Notes: generated from the letters alone by a model not told the origin. DNA of 54,967 bases, filler included, from Trypethelium eluteriae (GCA_051942245.1; 4 parts of 4 records of this genome joined end to end with filler, not necessarily neighbours in it), one strand, 5' to 3'. Shown: positions 11,600 to 23,801, numbered from the whole stretch's first letter. Program-made: numbers and translations.

Positions 11600-12934
11600 A
11601 TGGCCGAGGCTGATGACGTCGTCTTTGTCGACTGTCGATGCGGTCGTCACCCCACGTTTGAGGAGTCTAAGCCAAAAGCTGAAGAGCCAATTCGCCCCAT
11701 ACCACCTGTCAAACCAAAGCGATTCTGCCGGAGAGTTCCAGATGATCTAGCTCCCCAAGAGGAGCGGGAGGACTGCAAATGCCGCAATAGCAAAGATACC
11801 CTCAATATTTTACTTGGGTCAAGCCCTTACATGGCTGACAATTTCTCCCGAAATGGTCGTGCTAATGTCCCTGAGGAAAAGTCTGAGATCCACAACAGCA
11901 ATAATCACATTCTCCCCGAGCCCGTGATGCTACCAAAGCCCCATGGACTTCCAGTTGCTCCTGCGCCTCCTATGGAAGGACCAGCCCCATTTCCATCTTC
12001 CCTACCTTATCGTCTCAATCCTGACCGTCGCGCACAATCACCTTCTGTCGACTCGTACGATAGCTCTTCTGACGAGAGTGTCATCCCTCCCCGCCGTCGC
12101 GGAAGAGGAGCTGGACGCGGCTCCAAGCCCTTTCCATTTGTCGAAATAAGCAGTCACCATGAAATGATGAACCACCTAGTTGCACCAATCCCTAATTATC
12201 GAGGGGGAGTTCTCAGCCCAGAGATGGCAAGTTGCAGTGCTATGCTCATACCCTTTGGTCGTCGAGCATACGTCAACAGCATGTCCTTTAGCGTTGTTGA
12301 TTTGAAAAAGTATTTCTGGCTGCTGAAGCTCGCGGAACCCGAGGCTTGGTATCCATGGCCTAGCAAACAGACTCTGGCACAGATGACAGCACTTGGGAAT
12401 GCTGGACTTTCAGCAACCGTCTATGACGGGCTCCAGCCAATCTCAGCTTATCAACCAAAAGCACTTTCAGTACCGCGCGTCTGCCTTGGACAGCCATTGC
12501 TTGAGACGGCTGTTTCGAAGATTGGGTGTATTTGCATTGGTGGTAGCAAGAATGGCGACCACTGTTACGCTTGCGATCGCATTCGAAAAACTAATCCGAA
12601 AAATCTTGACTTGCAGTTCTATTCTGTTCAACAAAGCGAGGAAGTCTTACCAATCTATAATCGTCTCCAAGACCCGAGGGATGTTGAAAGCCATACGTTG
12701 CCGATCTACCGTGTTGTAGTTACCGGCTCCTTGGACGCTGCCGCTGCTCAAGCATTCTGTGATGCTGGCGCAAATGGGTGGTCTACTTTGTTCACTTGTG
12801 CTATAGCAGAGAACAATGGAGAAAAACTGGGCGAAATTAAATCAGTTGATGCACTTGAAAGGGTCGACCAGCCGTGGAAGCTTACGGGGAACACTCTTGG
12901 TGCTATGAATGACAAGATCAAGGTTTTCTACTAA
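11600..12934 (+). CDS. Hypothetical protein (Pro-rich N-half, globular C-half)
   Basis: Uninterrupted ~444-codon ORF from ATG 11600 (MAEADDVVFVDCRC); TATAAAA at ~11480. No family recognised. Confidence 0.7.
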   Translation: MAEADDVVFVDCRCGRHPTFEESKPKAEEPIRPIPPVKPKRFCRRVPDDLAPQEEREDCKCRNSKDTLNILLGSSPYMADNFSRNGRANVPEEKSEIHNSNNHILPEPVMLPKPHGLPVAPAPPMEGPAPFPSSLPYRLNPDRRAQSPSVDSYDSSSDESVIPPRRRGRGAGRGSKPFPFVEISSHHEMMNHLVAPIPNYRGGVLSPEMASCSAMLIPFGRRAYVNSMSFSVVDLKKYFWLLKLAEPEAWYPWPSKQTLAQMTALGNAGLSATVYDGLQPISAYQPKALSVPRVCLGQPLLETAVSKIGCICIGGSKNGDHCYACDRIRKTNPKNLDLQFYSVQQSEEVLPIYNRLQDPRDVESHTLPIYRVVVTGSLDAAAAQAFCDAGANGWSTLFTCAIAENNGEKLGEIKSVDALERVDQPWKLTGNTLGAMNDKIKVFY

Positions 12935-13357
12935 AACGTGTACGAATTCCGTGTCCTGGACAATGCCTCACGGCTCTTGTCCTCCCTTTCCTTTCGGACT
13001 GGCTTCGGTTGCCGGCAGTGCTTTTACGATTTATGACAATTCCGGTGAAATTGCTCTGTGTTTGACGACATTCATGATACTGTTTTCTTACAAGGTCTTT
13101 GTACTCTGGCAGCAATGCGTTTCAAAAAATTATCGGCGATGGAGACCTTTTGTAACGTACCTTAATGGTTTAGAGTATTTAGAGTGATTTCATAGTACGT
13201 AGAGAATCACGGTGTTCAGTTTATCCCTTCAGAGTGAGATCTGCATCCTGGCCGTGCCTGGGCATCCCCGCTGCGCCCTGGAACGTCGACGTTCTCCGCA
13301 AACCCCCGAGCTTTTCCTTCAATTCTTTGGATCTACGAACCTCTCCAAGACCAAGCC

Positions 13358-13559
13358 ATGGACCTCGAAGGCATAGAAGCCTTTTTCACACGGGGCCTAT
13401 CGCCATTGATATCCACGATAATCATAAGTGCAATTATTGCACTTTCCCTACCACTCTTCCTCCACTTCTACCTTTACCGTTCGCGGACCACCACTACCGT
13501 TCCATCTTTCTTACTTCTCGGACCTTCTGGCGCTGGCAAAACCTCACTACTAACTCTCG
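13358..13559 (+). CDS. SRP102: Signal recognition particle receptor beta subunit, exon 1 only (rest lost in gap)
   Basis: N-terminal TM helix (LISTIIISAIIALSLPLFLHFYLY) followed by the P-loop FLLLGPSGAGKTSLLT, then a GTAAGC donor. The intron runs into the N spacer. Confidence 0.85.
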
Positions 13560-13702
13560 TAAGCCTAACAAGCCCTTTCCTACTACTCTCCCAGCCCATT
13601 CCTGCAACCAAACCAGCCCTCCCTCTACCTCTACCATCCCTCTCCCCGCCTCCAAAAAAATAAAAAAAAACTTACCTCCTCACCCAACTTACCACCATCT
13701 CC

Positions 13703-13802
13703 NNNNNNNNNNNNNNNNNNNNNNNNNNNNNNNNNNNNNNNNNNNNTTAATTAATTAANNNNNNNNNNNNNNNNNNNNNNNNNNNNNNNNNNNNNNNNNN
13801 NN
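13703..13802. other. Artificial contig-join spacer (44 N + TTAATTAATTAA + 44 N)
   Basis: Exactly 100 nt with a central six-frame-stop linker; identical to two other spacers in the window. Confidence 0.97.
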
Positions 13803-16800
13803 ACCCCGCCATTTCCACCCGATCCAATCCACCCACCCCGTAGACCGGCTCCGGCTGCTTCGGTCTGCCGGATCATCGTCCCGTGCGCGACTGCTGTCTC
13901 GACTCCAGCTCCAGCGAGGCCAGCGGAGCCGAGACGCCGACCGTCCCCCGCCGCCGCCGTTGCCGGAGACGCGGTTCGAGAGCCGGTGGTGGCGGTGGGG
14001 TTGTCGGACTCGTCGGAGTCGGCGTTGCGGAGGGAGAGGACGAGGTCGCGGAGGAAGGAGTCGCCGAGGGGGGTGGAGGAGCGGCGGCGGTAGAAGAGGA
14101 GGTAAGCGGCGGTGGTGACGACGGATTGAGGGTTGGTGCATTGGGAGACGATAGAGTCTGTTGCGTATTAGTCAGGGGACGCGTCTAGCTGAGTAGGAAA
14201 GGGGAGGGGTCAAGGAGCCCCAAACTCACCGTTGTACTCGTACCACTTCTTGTCATAAAAGTTCTGCGCAAACGCCGTATAATGGCCCCCACCCAAACCC
14301 CCATAATGATTATCCACCGCAAACAAATCATACACCAAATCCTTCCCCTCCGGCAAGCCCACCCCCCCCCCAAATCCAACCCCTCAATCGGGAAATCCAC
14401 CAGCACATCCACCTTATCCCGAAACCCGCGGTGCGCACTAAACCGCTTCAGATGCAACACCAGCACATCCGGCACCGTCCACACCTCCAGCGTCTTGCTC
14501 GCCAGCCGCAGCTCCTTACACCGATTACAATACCACGCGTTCTCCTCCGACAGGATCTCCGACCGCGCCGTCTCCGCAAAGCACTCCTCGAGCCCAACCC
14601 CGTGCTTCCGCCGCGCCGCCCGCTTCGCCCGCGCCGCCTCCAGCCCCGCATCCGCCAGCGTCGGCATCGTCTCCCACGTCGCCGCCCCACGCAGCTCGTC
14701 GGCGGTTGCGCCCGCGAAGAGGCCCTCGTACGCGTCGGGGTTCCAGTCGAGCACGAGCCCTTCGTGCGGCTTGATCAGCATGTCGCTGCCCTGGCCGTTG
14801 TTGCTGGCGTCGTTTTCCGCGTCGTCGATGTCGCCGTCGGCGGCACCGTCGAAGGCGCCGGAGTGGTACTGCGTTGCGGCGCGCTTGCCCTTGTTGGCGC
14901 CGTAGACTTTGAGTTTGCCGCCGCCGCCGCGCTTCTTGGGGCCGGCGCGGAACCGGCGCTGGGACAGCATCGTGCGGTCGGAGGGGAGGTCTTCGCTGTC
15001 GGAGCCGGGGTCTTGCGGGTAGCCGGGGTGCGACATCGAGGTGTTGGCGGAGGGGATGGTGTTGTCGATGTCGGAGGAGCCGGTGGAGGTGGCGGAAGAG
15101 CGGTTGGAGCGGGCGCTGCGGTTGGATTGGATGGAGGAGCGGCGCGGGCTGCGCTTGGGGATGCGGGAAAAGACGGTGGGGTAATCTTTGTTATCGTTGA
15201 GCGAGTTCCAGCCGGTTGGGACAAGATCGGAGCCGGATCGGAAATACTTCATGTCGAAGAGGGTTTGGAGGTGGACTGGGATGAAGGTGCCAGGTTGGAG
15301 AAGGCTAGGAAGTGATTGTTTCTGACTTTCGGCGCCGTCCGTGGCCGGGTCTGAGTTTGCTGCTGATGGGTTCTGAGTGCCAGCGTCGTCTGTCATAGAG
15401 ACATCGACCATGCTATCTTCCGAAGCCACCGACTGATCCTTGACCTTTTGTCCACCCATCGATGACGCATCCTCGTCTGTGGTTAAGACTGCTTCTGAGC
15501 CAGAATTTGATGTCGATACAGTGCCGAATCCATCTTCATCTTCAGCCAAGATTTGTCTCGTTGTCATGGTAGCGACCTTGGCAAGGACTTTCCGAAGAAT
15601 CTCATCATAGTCTTTGGCCTCCTCACGAGTGAGCAGTACAAATGACGGCCACTGACACATTGACTTTCCAGGGTAGCGCGAATTATTGGCCGATGGGAGG
15701 CGGTGAAATAGGGGCACCAGCATTCTGTCTGCAAGTGGAGAATCGTCATTGACCTCCTCATCAGACGATGGACTGTTGTAAGAGTAATTAACATACGGCT
15801 TCTTCCGCTTCGATTCCGGAGGTGGGAAATTGGTGGGAACATCATCAAGCTCGTAGACCACTATTACATCGTTGGTTTGAATCGACTCCACAGCAGCTCT
15901 GTCGTCATCAAAGCTCTTGAAAAATTTCTTATTGTATGTCTCTGCGACTACACACTTCTTAGGGTCCAGTCCAGGGATTTTCTTCGCAACATACTCTTTC
16001 AAGGTCCTAATCGTGCTGTTTTTATCGACATCAACTTGTATTTTGACAAGCTGCCCCTGTAGAGGTGCGAAGATGATAGTATGCTGCCATGAACTTTGGA
16101 CCGGCAATTGCAGTGTCAAGAGGGAGTAAGGGTCGAATGTAATGCTGACTTTATCGCATTCCGGGCATACCATGGTATTCTTATAGAAGCCACTGAAGAG
16201 GTCCATTACAACTGAGTCGTTCCGAGCGTGATGGTTTTCTCTGAACTTCTCTCCAAGAGCCTTGACTGCTTCAGGGTCATTAACTGTCTTGTCGTCAGAC
16301 TCTGGGTTTTCCATATACGGTTTCTTGTGTATCCGATTCAAGTCTTCATGAATCGCATCCAGTAAGAAGCTCAGGAACTCCTGAGAATCTTGTTGGCCAT
16401 ATCCAGAGAACAGTGGCTGGCAGCGTCCGATCGTACTCTTGAGGGTGCGTGGAGTGAAAGCGCTAGCACTTTCACCATATATCGAATGGACGAAAGCGGA
16501 ATATGTCTTCGCGATTTCTCCTCTGTGGCCCAAGGGATTGTTTACATTCAGCTCCTCTTTAAATTTCTCAGCTAGGAAATACATGCTGAGCTCCTCGATG
16601 CTCCGCACACATTGCAGGGCAGAATTCATGTAGCATGTATTCCCGAGATTTACCAGACCAATAGTGCCTCGTGTCCTTCCAGATCTTCTCGCTCTACCTC
16701 GTGTAAGAGGTGGTGCAGGTGCTGGACTGGTCCTACCGCTCTCCGTGCCTTTGACTCTGGAATTTGAAAGTGCGCTGTTGGATTTCGTTTTGTTGGCTAC

Positions 16801-18652
16801 ACCATTCTTTTTGTACCTGTTCCTAGAGGCATCAGAAACAAATTCTCCGCCTGCCGGTCCACCAATCTGCTCTTCGATGATAAGCGTCTGGCTAACACCG
16901 AGACCAACTGTATCAAGTTGGACGTGACCATTGTATTTCTCGTTCATTGTCTGGTCCTGGATGTCGACCATCTCACGCTCGGAACCCTCCACCATGTTTG
17001 AGAACGTAGGTGGGTCAATAAGCATTTTGGGTACGGCAGGAACCGAGGGTCCAGGCGCTGGCGAATTGTTACGCGAGGAGGCTGGGGTAAGCATACCAGC
17101 CTGGCCGTTGGAGACGTCGACAGTGCCCGTGCCAGTGGACTCAATCTGTCGCCAGACTTGGACTTTGGTCTTCATTTCCACTTGTGCAGCGGCCTTAGCT
17201 CGAGCCAGGAAGCTTTGAACACGTTCATTCTGAGAGGCTACAATGATAGGTGCATTTCGGGCAGGCTCCCGGAGGCCTGCAAAACTTTCAGTGTCGCTAC
17301 CGAGCTTTCGAATAGTGATGATGGGAGGATAAAGCTCAAACATGAAGTTATGAGAGACCGATCCTTGTGGTACGGTATCGTGCAGATAGCGAATGATGAC
17401 CGGAGAGTTAGGAGCAAGGCCATGCCATTGCACGATTTGTTGCCATGCATTTTCGGGGATGATTTCCAGGTCGTGGTGTGTTAGGAGTCCTGGTTTCAAT
17501 GGTACGAATTTTTCGCCTCGTTCGTCTTTGATATCGTGTTGCGTAGCGACTACTTACTAAGTTAGTACACAGATGCTTCTTGTGCCTCATTCCAAGTAAA
17601 TCAGCGGGACAAGGTGATGACTAACACTCTGGGACAAGGTCGGAATTATCCACAGGTCCAATTTCAGCCTCCATATCAGCCTTGCTGTAGTCGCCAGACA
17701 TCTGACCCTCGGATGTCTTGGCCACTACGCGATTGTACCAAGCGCCTGAGAGAACAAACCCCTTGACACCTTCTTTTTCTTCAAGCTGATTGTATAACGT
17801 ATGGATTCGCGTGACCTGTTCATCGAGGGAAGGTGCTGTGAATGTATTAGTCTGCGCTTCTTGTGGAGTCTCGGCATCCTGATCGACAGCGTTTTGCAGT
17901 GCAGTACCTGGGGCTATGATGGGTGTGCCAGAGGCCTGCTTTGAACTTGATGCCTCCTCAGTCTCTGTACTCGCAGCTCCCTGCGAGTCTGATTGTGTTT
18001 CCCGAAGCATGTCCACAGACACCGCCCGATCATACCCAGCCGAGGTATCCTCTGCTCTGCCGTACTTGCTTCCAGCACCCCTGGCAGCATCTACGGTTTT
18101 GAAAGAGTTTTGAAGTGTTGATGATCTATCAATGTCCATGATGTCCTCGTTCTTTGTTCCATGATCGTCAAGAGATGCCGCGGAACGCTTTGCAGGTGAA
18201 GATGACCGTAGATGTGCTGGCCGAGCGAGATCCGCAGCGGATGTTCGGACTTGTTTCGGTGTTGTAGGCGACGCACTCGAATTTTCTTGAGATGTGTCCT
18301 GCTCTTCTAGCATACCAGAGCTCCCCATCGTGGTTGGGGGGTCACTGCCCAATGTCAAGTTTGCGTATGCGTCAGTGGGAGAGCTTCCAGTAGTGGAAGT
18401 GCTGCCCAAGCGCGAGTTGTTTGAAGTCAACGCGCTCTCAGAGACTTCGTCCTGGAGATGAGGTGGGATATATCGTTGTGGCGATTGCGTGGATCGCTGA
18501 CTATTTGGCGTCGTGGAAATAGCGGTAGAGGAAGTGTGTGAGAGCTGATTGTTCACGTCGTCCGAGACAGAATGAGAGACCGCGTCACTCTGCCCATGTG
18601 TATCGAGGTTTCCTTCTTCAGGTGCAAGCTTTCTTTTCTTGTGGGAAGCCGT
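13803..18652 (-). CDS. UBP12: Ubiquitin carboxyl-terminal hydrolase, Ubp12/USP4-USP15 type (DUSP + peptidase C19); 3' end lost in gap; apparent frameshift at the 14362-14371 homopolymer
   Basis: DUSP-like GPVDNSDL...[15 protein letters not shown]; Cys box [33 protein letters not shown]...LHLKRFS. His box [20 protein letters not shown]...WYEYN|DSIVS...[10 protein letters not shown] lies in a shifted frame. Introns ~17625-17550 and ~14229-14158. Start uncertain: first in-frame ATG 18328, candidate ACG 18652. Confidence 0.93.
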
Positions 18653-19276
18653 GATGGAGGGGAGCTGCTCACGCTTGTGGGCAGCTCGGGGAAAGATAGT
18701 GTGGTATCCTGCTGCAGGACACGGCGGAGGTCACCGGAGAAAAGGGCGTGAAGCTCGACCTACAGCTCGGATTATCTCAAAGCATCGGACAAGAACAGCC
18801 CATGTCTAAGATTTTTGTAGAAGCCGGGATGTTGTAACGTTGAACAAGCGCTTGACGGGTTTGCCCTAGCCTCGAACAAGGCTATCTCGCGAAGGGATCG
18901 ACGCCACTCAGGCAGGTAAACACGAAGCTTGGCTGCCTGCGCTCCGACCTGCCGGGCACGAAAATAGTTTGTCTTGAAGTGACCCGTACGTGGCTTACGA
19001 AAACGCATTCCCTTTTTACTAATTTCTACAGTGCAGGAACGAAGCGTGCTACAAAATGCTCTATTGCGGGTGTGCCTTATATGGCTTCGCTAGCTTACAT
19101 GCTGCGGTTGCAGATAATTAGGCGAGAACGCCGAAGATGAAGGACACTAGGTACTGATTCCACGCTAGTAATCCCAGAACCACGGGATACAATCCTTCCT
19201 TCCCATGACACAGTACTGAAGATTCGGCCACGAAAGTGAGCTGTACTGTCTAAGTCTTACTCAGACCTTGAGACTG

Positions 19277-21182
19277 TCACTTCGACTGTCCCGAGTTCAA
19301 CCAAGAGAACGCTGAGGCTGTGCCCACCGGGTTTGAGGAGCGCGGCTTGTTTGTAGAAGAGGCTGGATTCTCTTTCAAGACGCTCTCACTCTTTCCCTCT
19401 GCAGAGCCCATACGTCGAGGCTGAGGTCCATTCGATTCCATTCCTGCCGCATTACTCCGTCTCCTACCTTCATCAAAGAATCGGGACTGGCTGGTTGCTG
19501 GAGAAGGCGTAGGGGTAGCAGACGAGCCGGAGAATGTCCTTGATGCAGGCTTTGTAGGCTTGAGAACTTTGATGCCGGTGTCCCTTCGCTGATAAGCGAC
19601 GTTAGGGTTCTTGCCTGCATTCGCCCAGTCCATCTGGTTTGTCGCACTACCTTCACGCCGCCAATTGCTCCAGATACCGGGTGACGTGCCAGAGCCAGAA
19701 CGTGGGGGAGTCGGGCCTAGTGAGCTTGTCGGCTCGGTGGATTTCTCCACTGCTTTAGCCGTCAATATTCCCAATGAAGGCCGCTCAACAGGCACAGAAT
19801 GAGCTGCGCTTGGCGTTGGTGTATCTTCCTCGGTGACGGCGTCCACTTCTTCAATTCGGGGACTACCCGTACCAGTCGTTGATGAAGCCGAACCCCTTGT
19901 CTTCTCAGAAGGTGAAGCGTCACGGACCGAGGAGGCTGTGGTTGGCGATGCGAGGAAGGAAGGTTGCATTGCTGGTTCCGCAACTGTAGTCGATGTCGAT
20001 AGCTGCTGGTTTTGTACTGCACGAAGTTGAGAAGGGTCCCCGCTGGTGATGTATAGGCTTTTGAAAGTCACATCATTCTCGGGCCTGACGAGCGGTACCG
20101 TGAGTCTGCTGTGGTCGTCGTCAAACAGCGTAATTTGGTTGGACGAAAACAGGATATCCGCATTATGTGTTCGTAATGTATCACTGCCGATGAAGATTTG
20201 AATAGCTTTGCGATCAGCTTCGTCCGTACCACGGTCGACCACAGTGAATTCGATGGTCACGGTAGGCAGCTGTGGTGCCGGACTACTCGAACGAGAAGAG
20301 GCGGGGTGTGCAATTGCTTCGGGCAAATACATCGGAAGTTTGATCACACGATTACCCACATCATCTTCTTTCAAAAGGCCCATGAAGCCTAGTCGCTCGA
20401 CGAGCCGCAGGTCCAAGAATGACTTGAAGGAGCCCGTGCAAACCGCGGCATATAGCAGATTCTCGTGCTTGAAATTCATATCGAGCCAACATCGTATGAT
20501 CGACGGAACAGTGCCTAGAATGAAAAGGCCTGGAGCAAGGCCGGGAGTTCCTGGGTATGATGCCGCAGACTGTCCCAAGCTAAGTCCAGTATCCAAGCCA
20601 AGGCTGTTTGCGCGTCCGGATGTGGCGGAGTGGACAGACTGCCCCCCGGAGCTCTGTCGGCCTTCTGATTTGTATGAAGCAGTCCTCTCCGTTAGTGCTA
20701 GCCCGCCAAGTCCGCTACCTGTCCGTGGAATGATATCAATTGACGCTCGCGAGTTTTGGGCCCAATGCCCTTGATTGGCGCTTTCATCGAATCGGACACT
20801 GTTTGCACGAGAGGTCGCACCACCGCGTCTAGGTTCTGTTTCGGCGTCAAGATGGAGGCTTCCAATCATGTTCTGTTCGTCATCAAACCCACTGAACGCA
20901 TCGCTTTGCGCATGATGTAATGGTGCTAGATTGAACAGATCAGCTGGGTACATAAGGAGTTCTACCAGACTGCTCACTCTGATGAGGTGTGCCACTGAGG
21001 ACGGATGGAAATGATGAGGCTGAGCCCCAGACAGACTTCATCCGGGCGTCATCGTCTTGGCGTCGCTCCAAGCGCAACAGTCGTTCGTTGTGATCTTGCT
21101 GGATTTGTTGAACGCGAAGCATCTCGTTGTGAAGGCGCCAAGGGTCGCTCTGGGGTGTAAAAGGAATTGTCTGCGGATCCAT
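19277..21182 (-). CDS. Conserved fungal protein with N-terminal coiled coil and central retropepsin/DDI1-like domain (often mislabelled 'ubiquitin hydrolase 19')
   Basis: Exon 1 MDPQTIPFTPQSDPWRLHNEMLRVQQIQQDHNERLLRLERRQDDDARMKSVWG, intron ~20977-20927, then the long exon with LLYAAVCTGSFKSFLDLRLVERLG and IQIFIGSDTLRTHNADILFSSNQITL. Confidence 0.85.
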
Positions 21183-21972
21183 CCTCCCCCTTCATAGAGT
21201 CTTCCAACGAGGACAGGCACGACCTTGGCGTCCAGTGATAGACGCCCGGCGTAGCCTTTCCCTCAAATCTCCACTGTCTCTATCCTGCCTACCAGCACCC
21301 TCCACAACCCGATACCTATTTGGCGCTGCCAGCGCCGACTCCGTCCTCGATGCTGTATGTGACAAAATCTCGGGTATGTTTGAATTTAAAGTTTGTTGTG
21401 GGACATTTCAAGCTAGAGTGGAAGAGAGAAAAGGAGCGGTCAGAAAGGTCCCAGAAAAGTGCTTATCCGACAGGGTAAGGCCAATGAATCAGAGGTATGG
21501 TCGCTGAAGTAGGTGCAAGGCGTTGATCCGGATTGAGGCCTAAATTGGGATGCCCGTTCACTGCGCGTAGTCTGGATAGAGGTGGCGATGGATTATCTGT
21601 AGCAGAGAATGTAAGGGCTGGGGCGATCGCACGCTGGTCGCTGTATTGCAGGTCCGAGCGACGCTCTCCTTATCGTGACGATGGCACCGTACGAAGATGC
21701 AGGCAGGAAGTCTTTCGAAATGGTGTCGGATCAGAAGCTGTGGGAGGTCTTATTGGGCCTTGGTTGAGACGTCAGGTATGTAGCAGTTCCGGAAGTTCGC
21801 CGCTACCAAGGCACGCAAGGATGGAGTTTGGGGCTCGCGCTCCGATTTTCCGCGCAGCCAATCAATACTCGAAACAAAATGGCATCACATGCCTAAAACA
21901 CAATGCGTGGGACGCAACTTTATCTAGTGTCTATGATACCGTCTACAGAAGTCTTGTTGGCTCGATATCTTG

Positions 21973-22982
21973 TCAGCTCCAGGCTGCCACATCGTCCCAT
22001 GCAGGGAACACCATAGGCAGCTTTTCTGGTATTTGGTCTGGCCAGGTCTCGCTGATCAAATCCATCAATTTCGCATAGAGCACTTTATACGCTTTCGGGT
22101 TGAAATGGATTCCTAGATGCAGGTGTCAGTCGCACCTTCCGGAAACTTATCTGGCTTCCTCACCATCGTGAAGCATTTCCTCCATCTTTGGGTTTTTGGG
22201 AAGCTTTTTGGAGCCGGGGAGAGGCTCATCGTCGCTCCAGCCTGCCTCAAGCATCAAAGCGGTCCACAAGTCCAGAACTGCTACATCATTCTCTTTGCCA
22301 ACTTCTTTGACAATGTTTGCATATCTTCTTGTGTTCTCGGCAGTTCTACGCTTCTCGTTGAAACCCTTTGCTCGATCTGTAACTTCTGTCAAGTATTCAT
22401 CAATTGGCGGTGGCGTGATCAATATGATGCGAGGACTCTGCGCTTTCACTGCTGGATGCTGAATGATTTGCTCAAGATTCTCTCGGTATTGCTCGGGTGA
22501 TATATGCTGTGGACTGGCATACTGATTTGGCAGGCGAGCATCATTCGCACCAAAGAAAACAGTCTAGCTGAGCTTAGTCGATTGATCAAAGCTTATTGCC
22601 GATCTTGCTGCATTTTACCATAAATCGAACTTTTGCCTCTTTTGGAGCAGGCATGATATGTGGAAGTACCCTCAAAGCTTGAGTCGTATTGTAGCCACTA
22701 GGGAAAGCCTCAATCGTTTTGCATTCGTGTAGATGCTTGAGTCTTCCTTACCTAAACCCTTGGTTGAGGACAAGCAGACGACGTATGTATGCTGCCACAG
22801 ACTCGTTAGTCCAGAGGTATGCCACTGAGCTCGGATCCTAATAGTAAAGGCCACTCTGAATCTAGCAAGCATCAATTCATACCATCCTGTAATGCAGGCG
22901 CAAATCCAAACCCCTTATCTTGAGCACCCGACTTTTCAGTAATGGAGTCACCGAAAAGAATGAATTGATCGTAGGGCGCCAT
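21973..22982 (-). CDS. IAH1: SGNH/GDSL hydrolase, isoamyl acetate-hydrolysing esterase type
   Basis: Five exons give MAPYDQFILFGDSITE...AYIRRLLVLNQGFSGYNT...VFFGANDARLP...IILITPPPIDE...LHDGIHFNPKAYKVLY...WPDQIPEKLPMVFPAW. All four SGNH blocks are present. Confidence 0.92.
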
Positions 22983-23801
22983 CTGATTGCCTGTGGTCAA
23001 GCAAGTGCTAAAATGAGATGCCGGCACAGCGAAAAGAATGTGCGATTACGTGAAGCCAGTATATCTCTATTCATATATAATGGCTAAAAAAAAAGAAAAG
23101 GGAAAAAAAATCCCCGTCGGTGTCGCTAGCTTTCGGCTCCATCTCATGGACCCATTTAGCGCAGGTTCCGGCTTTGTATCTAAACATGTTCGAATCATGG
23201 GTGATATCAAATAAGGTGTCGCGATGAAACGGCACCCACGTCAGGATGGGTGGTGGTCGATCACCACGGTTCAGTAACGCGGAAGGAAGCTGCAGGGTCT
23301 GAACGGTGTCAGATGCGGCGAACTCAAGGATTAGATCGGTGCTAAAAAGATGAACACTGAGTCAAAATGCCCGACACTGTGTATCGTGACCATCACCTCC
23401 CACGTCTCCGGGCGCCGCGCTTCTTGCCCCTCTCCCACCACTCCCTTCGAAAATAGCGGAACCAAATTTCCTTTCTGCAGTCTGCTAGATTCTGGCCGTG
23501 TTGTGCGGCTTGTTCCGGCTATGAAGGCCTCCCATTGTTCCCAGGCAAAGCCTCATTCTTTCATCAGCTGAAACGCCCCAGCCACAGCTGTTGTTCCCCG
23601 GACCAACTGGTCGACAAGTGTCATGACCCTTATCTTTGCCTGGTGACCTCATGGGCACTTGATCCTAAAGTATTCACAACAACATGTACCTTACTGTCCA
23701 TCCTTTAACTTCCTCTCGTCTCGCATTATTACTACCGTACGGAGTACACCGATGAGAATCGGCATTGAACAAGTAGGAGAGCCTTCACTCCCGCCCCCAC
23801 C

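Noticed and set aside
13358..13702. SRP receptor beta, ISY1, ARG82 and the UIM protein appearing as truncated pseudogenes
   Set aside because: Each truncation coincides with an N spacer, so this is missing sequence rather than decay.
13747..13758. Palindromic TTAATTAATTAA, three copies in the window, which could look like a repeat or target site
   Set aside because: Always centred in exactly 44+44 N; it is a synthetic six-frame-stop linker for concatenating contigs.
14282..15315. Long antisense or alternative-frame ORFs (also 7693-8328, 26-358, 41351-41920, 46018-47049)
   Set aside because: Shadow ORFs caused by GC-rich or repetitive codon usage in real genes; no recognisable domains.
20080..20520. 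Aspartic-protease-like domain as an LTR retrotransposon remnant
   Set aside because: It is embedded in an intron-containing cellular gene with no gag, RT, integrase or LTRs nearby.
23180..23205. GTTCGAATC resembling a tRNA T-loop
   Set aside because: No flanking T-stem, acceptor stem or D-arm could be folded.
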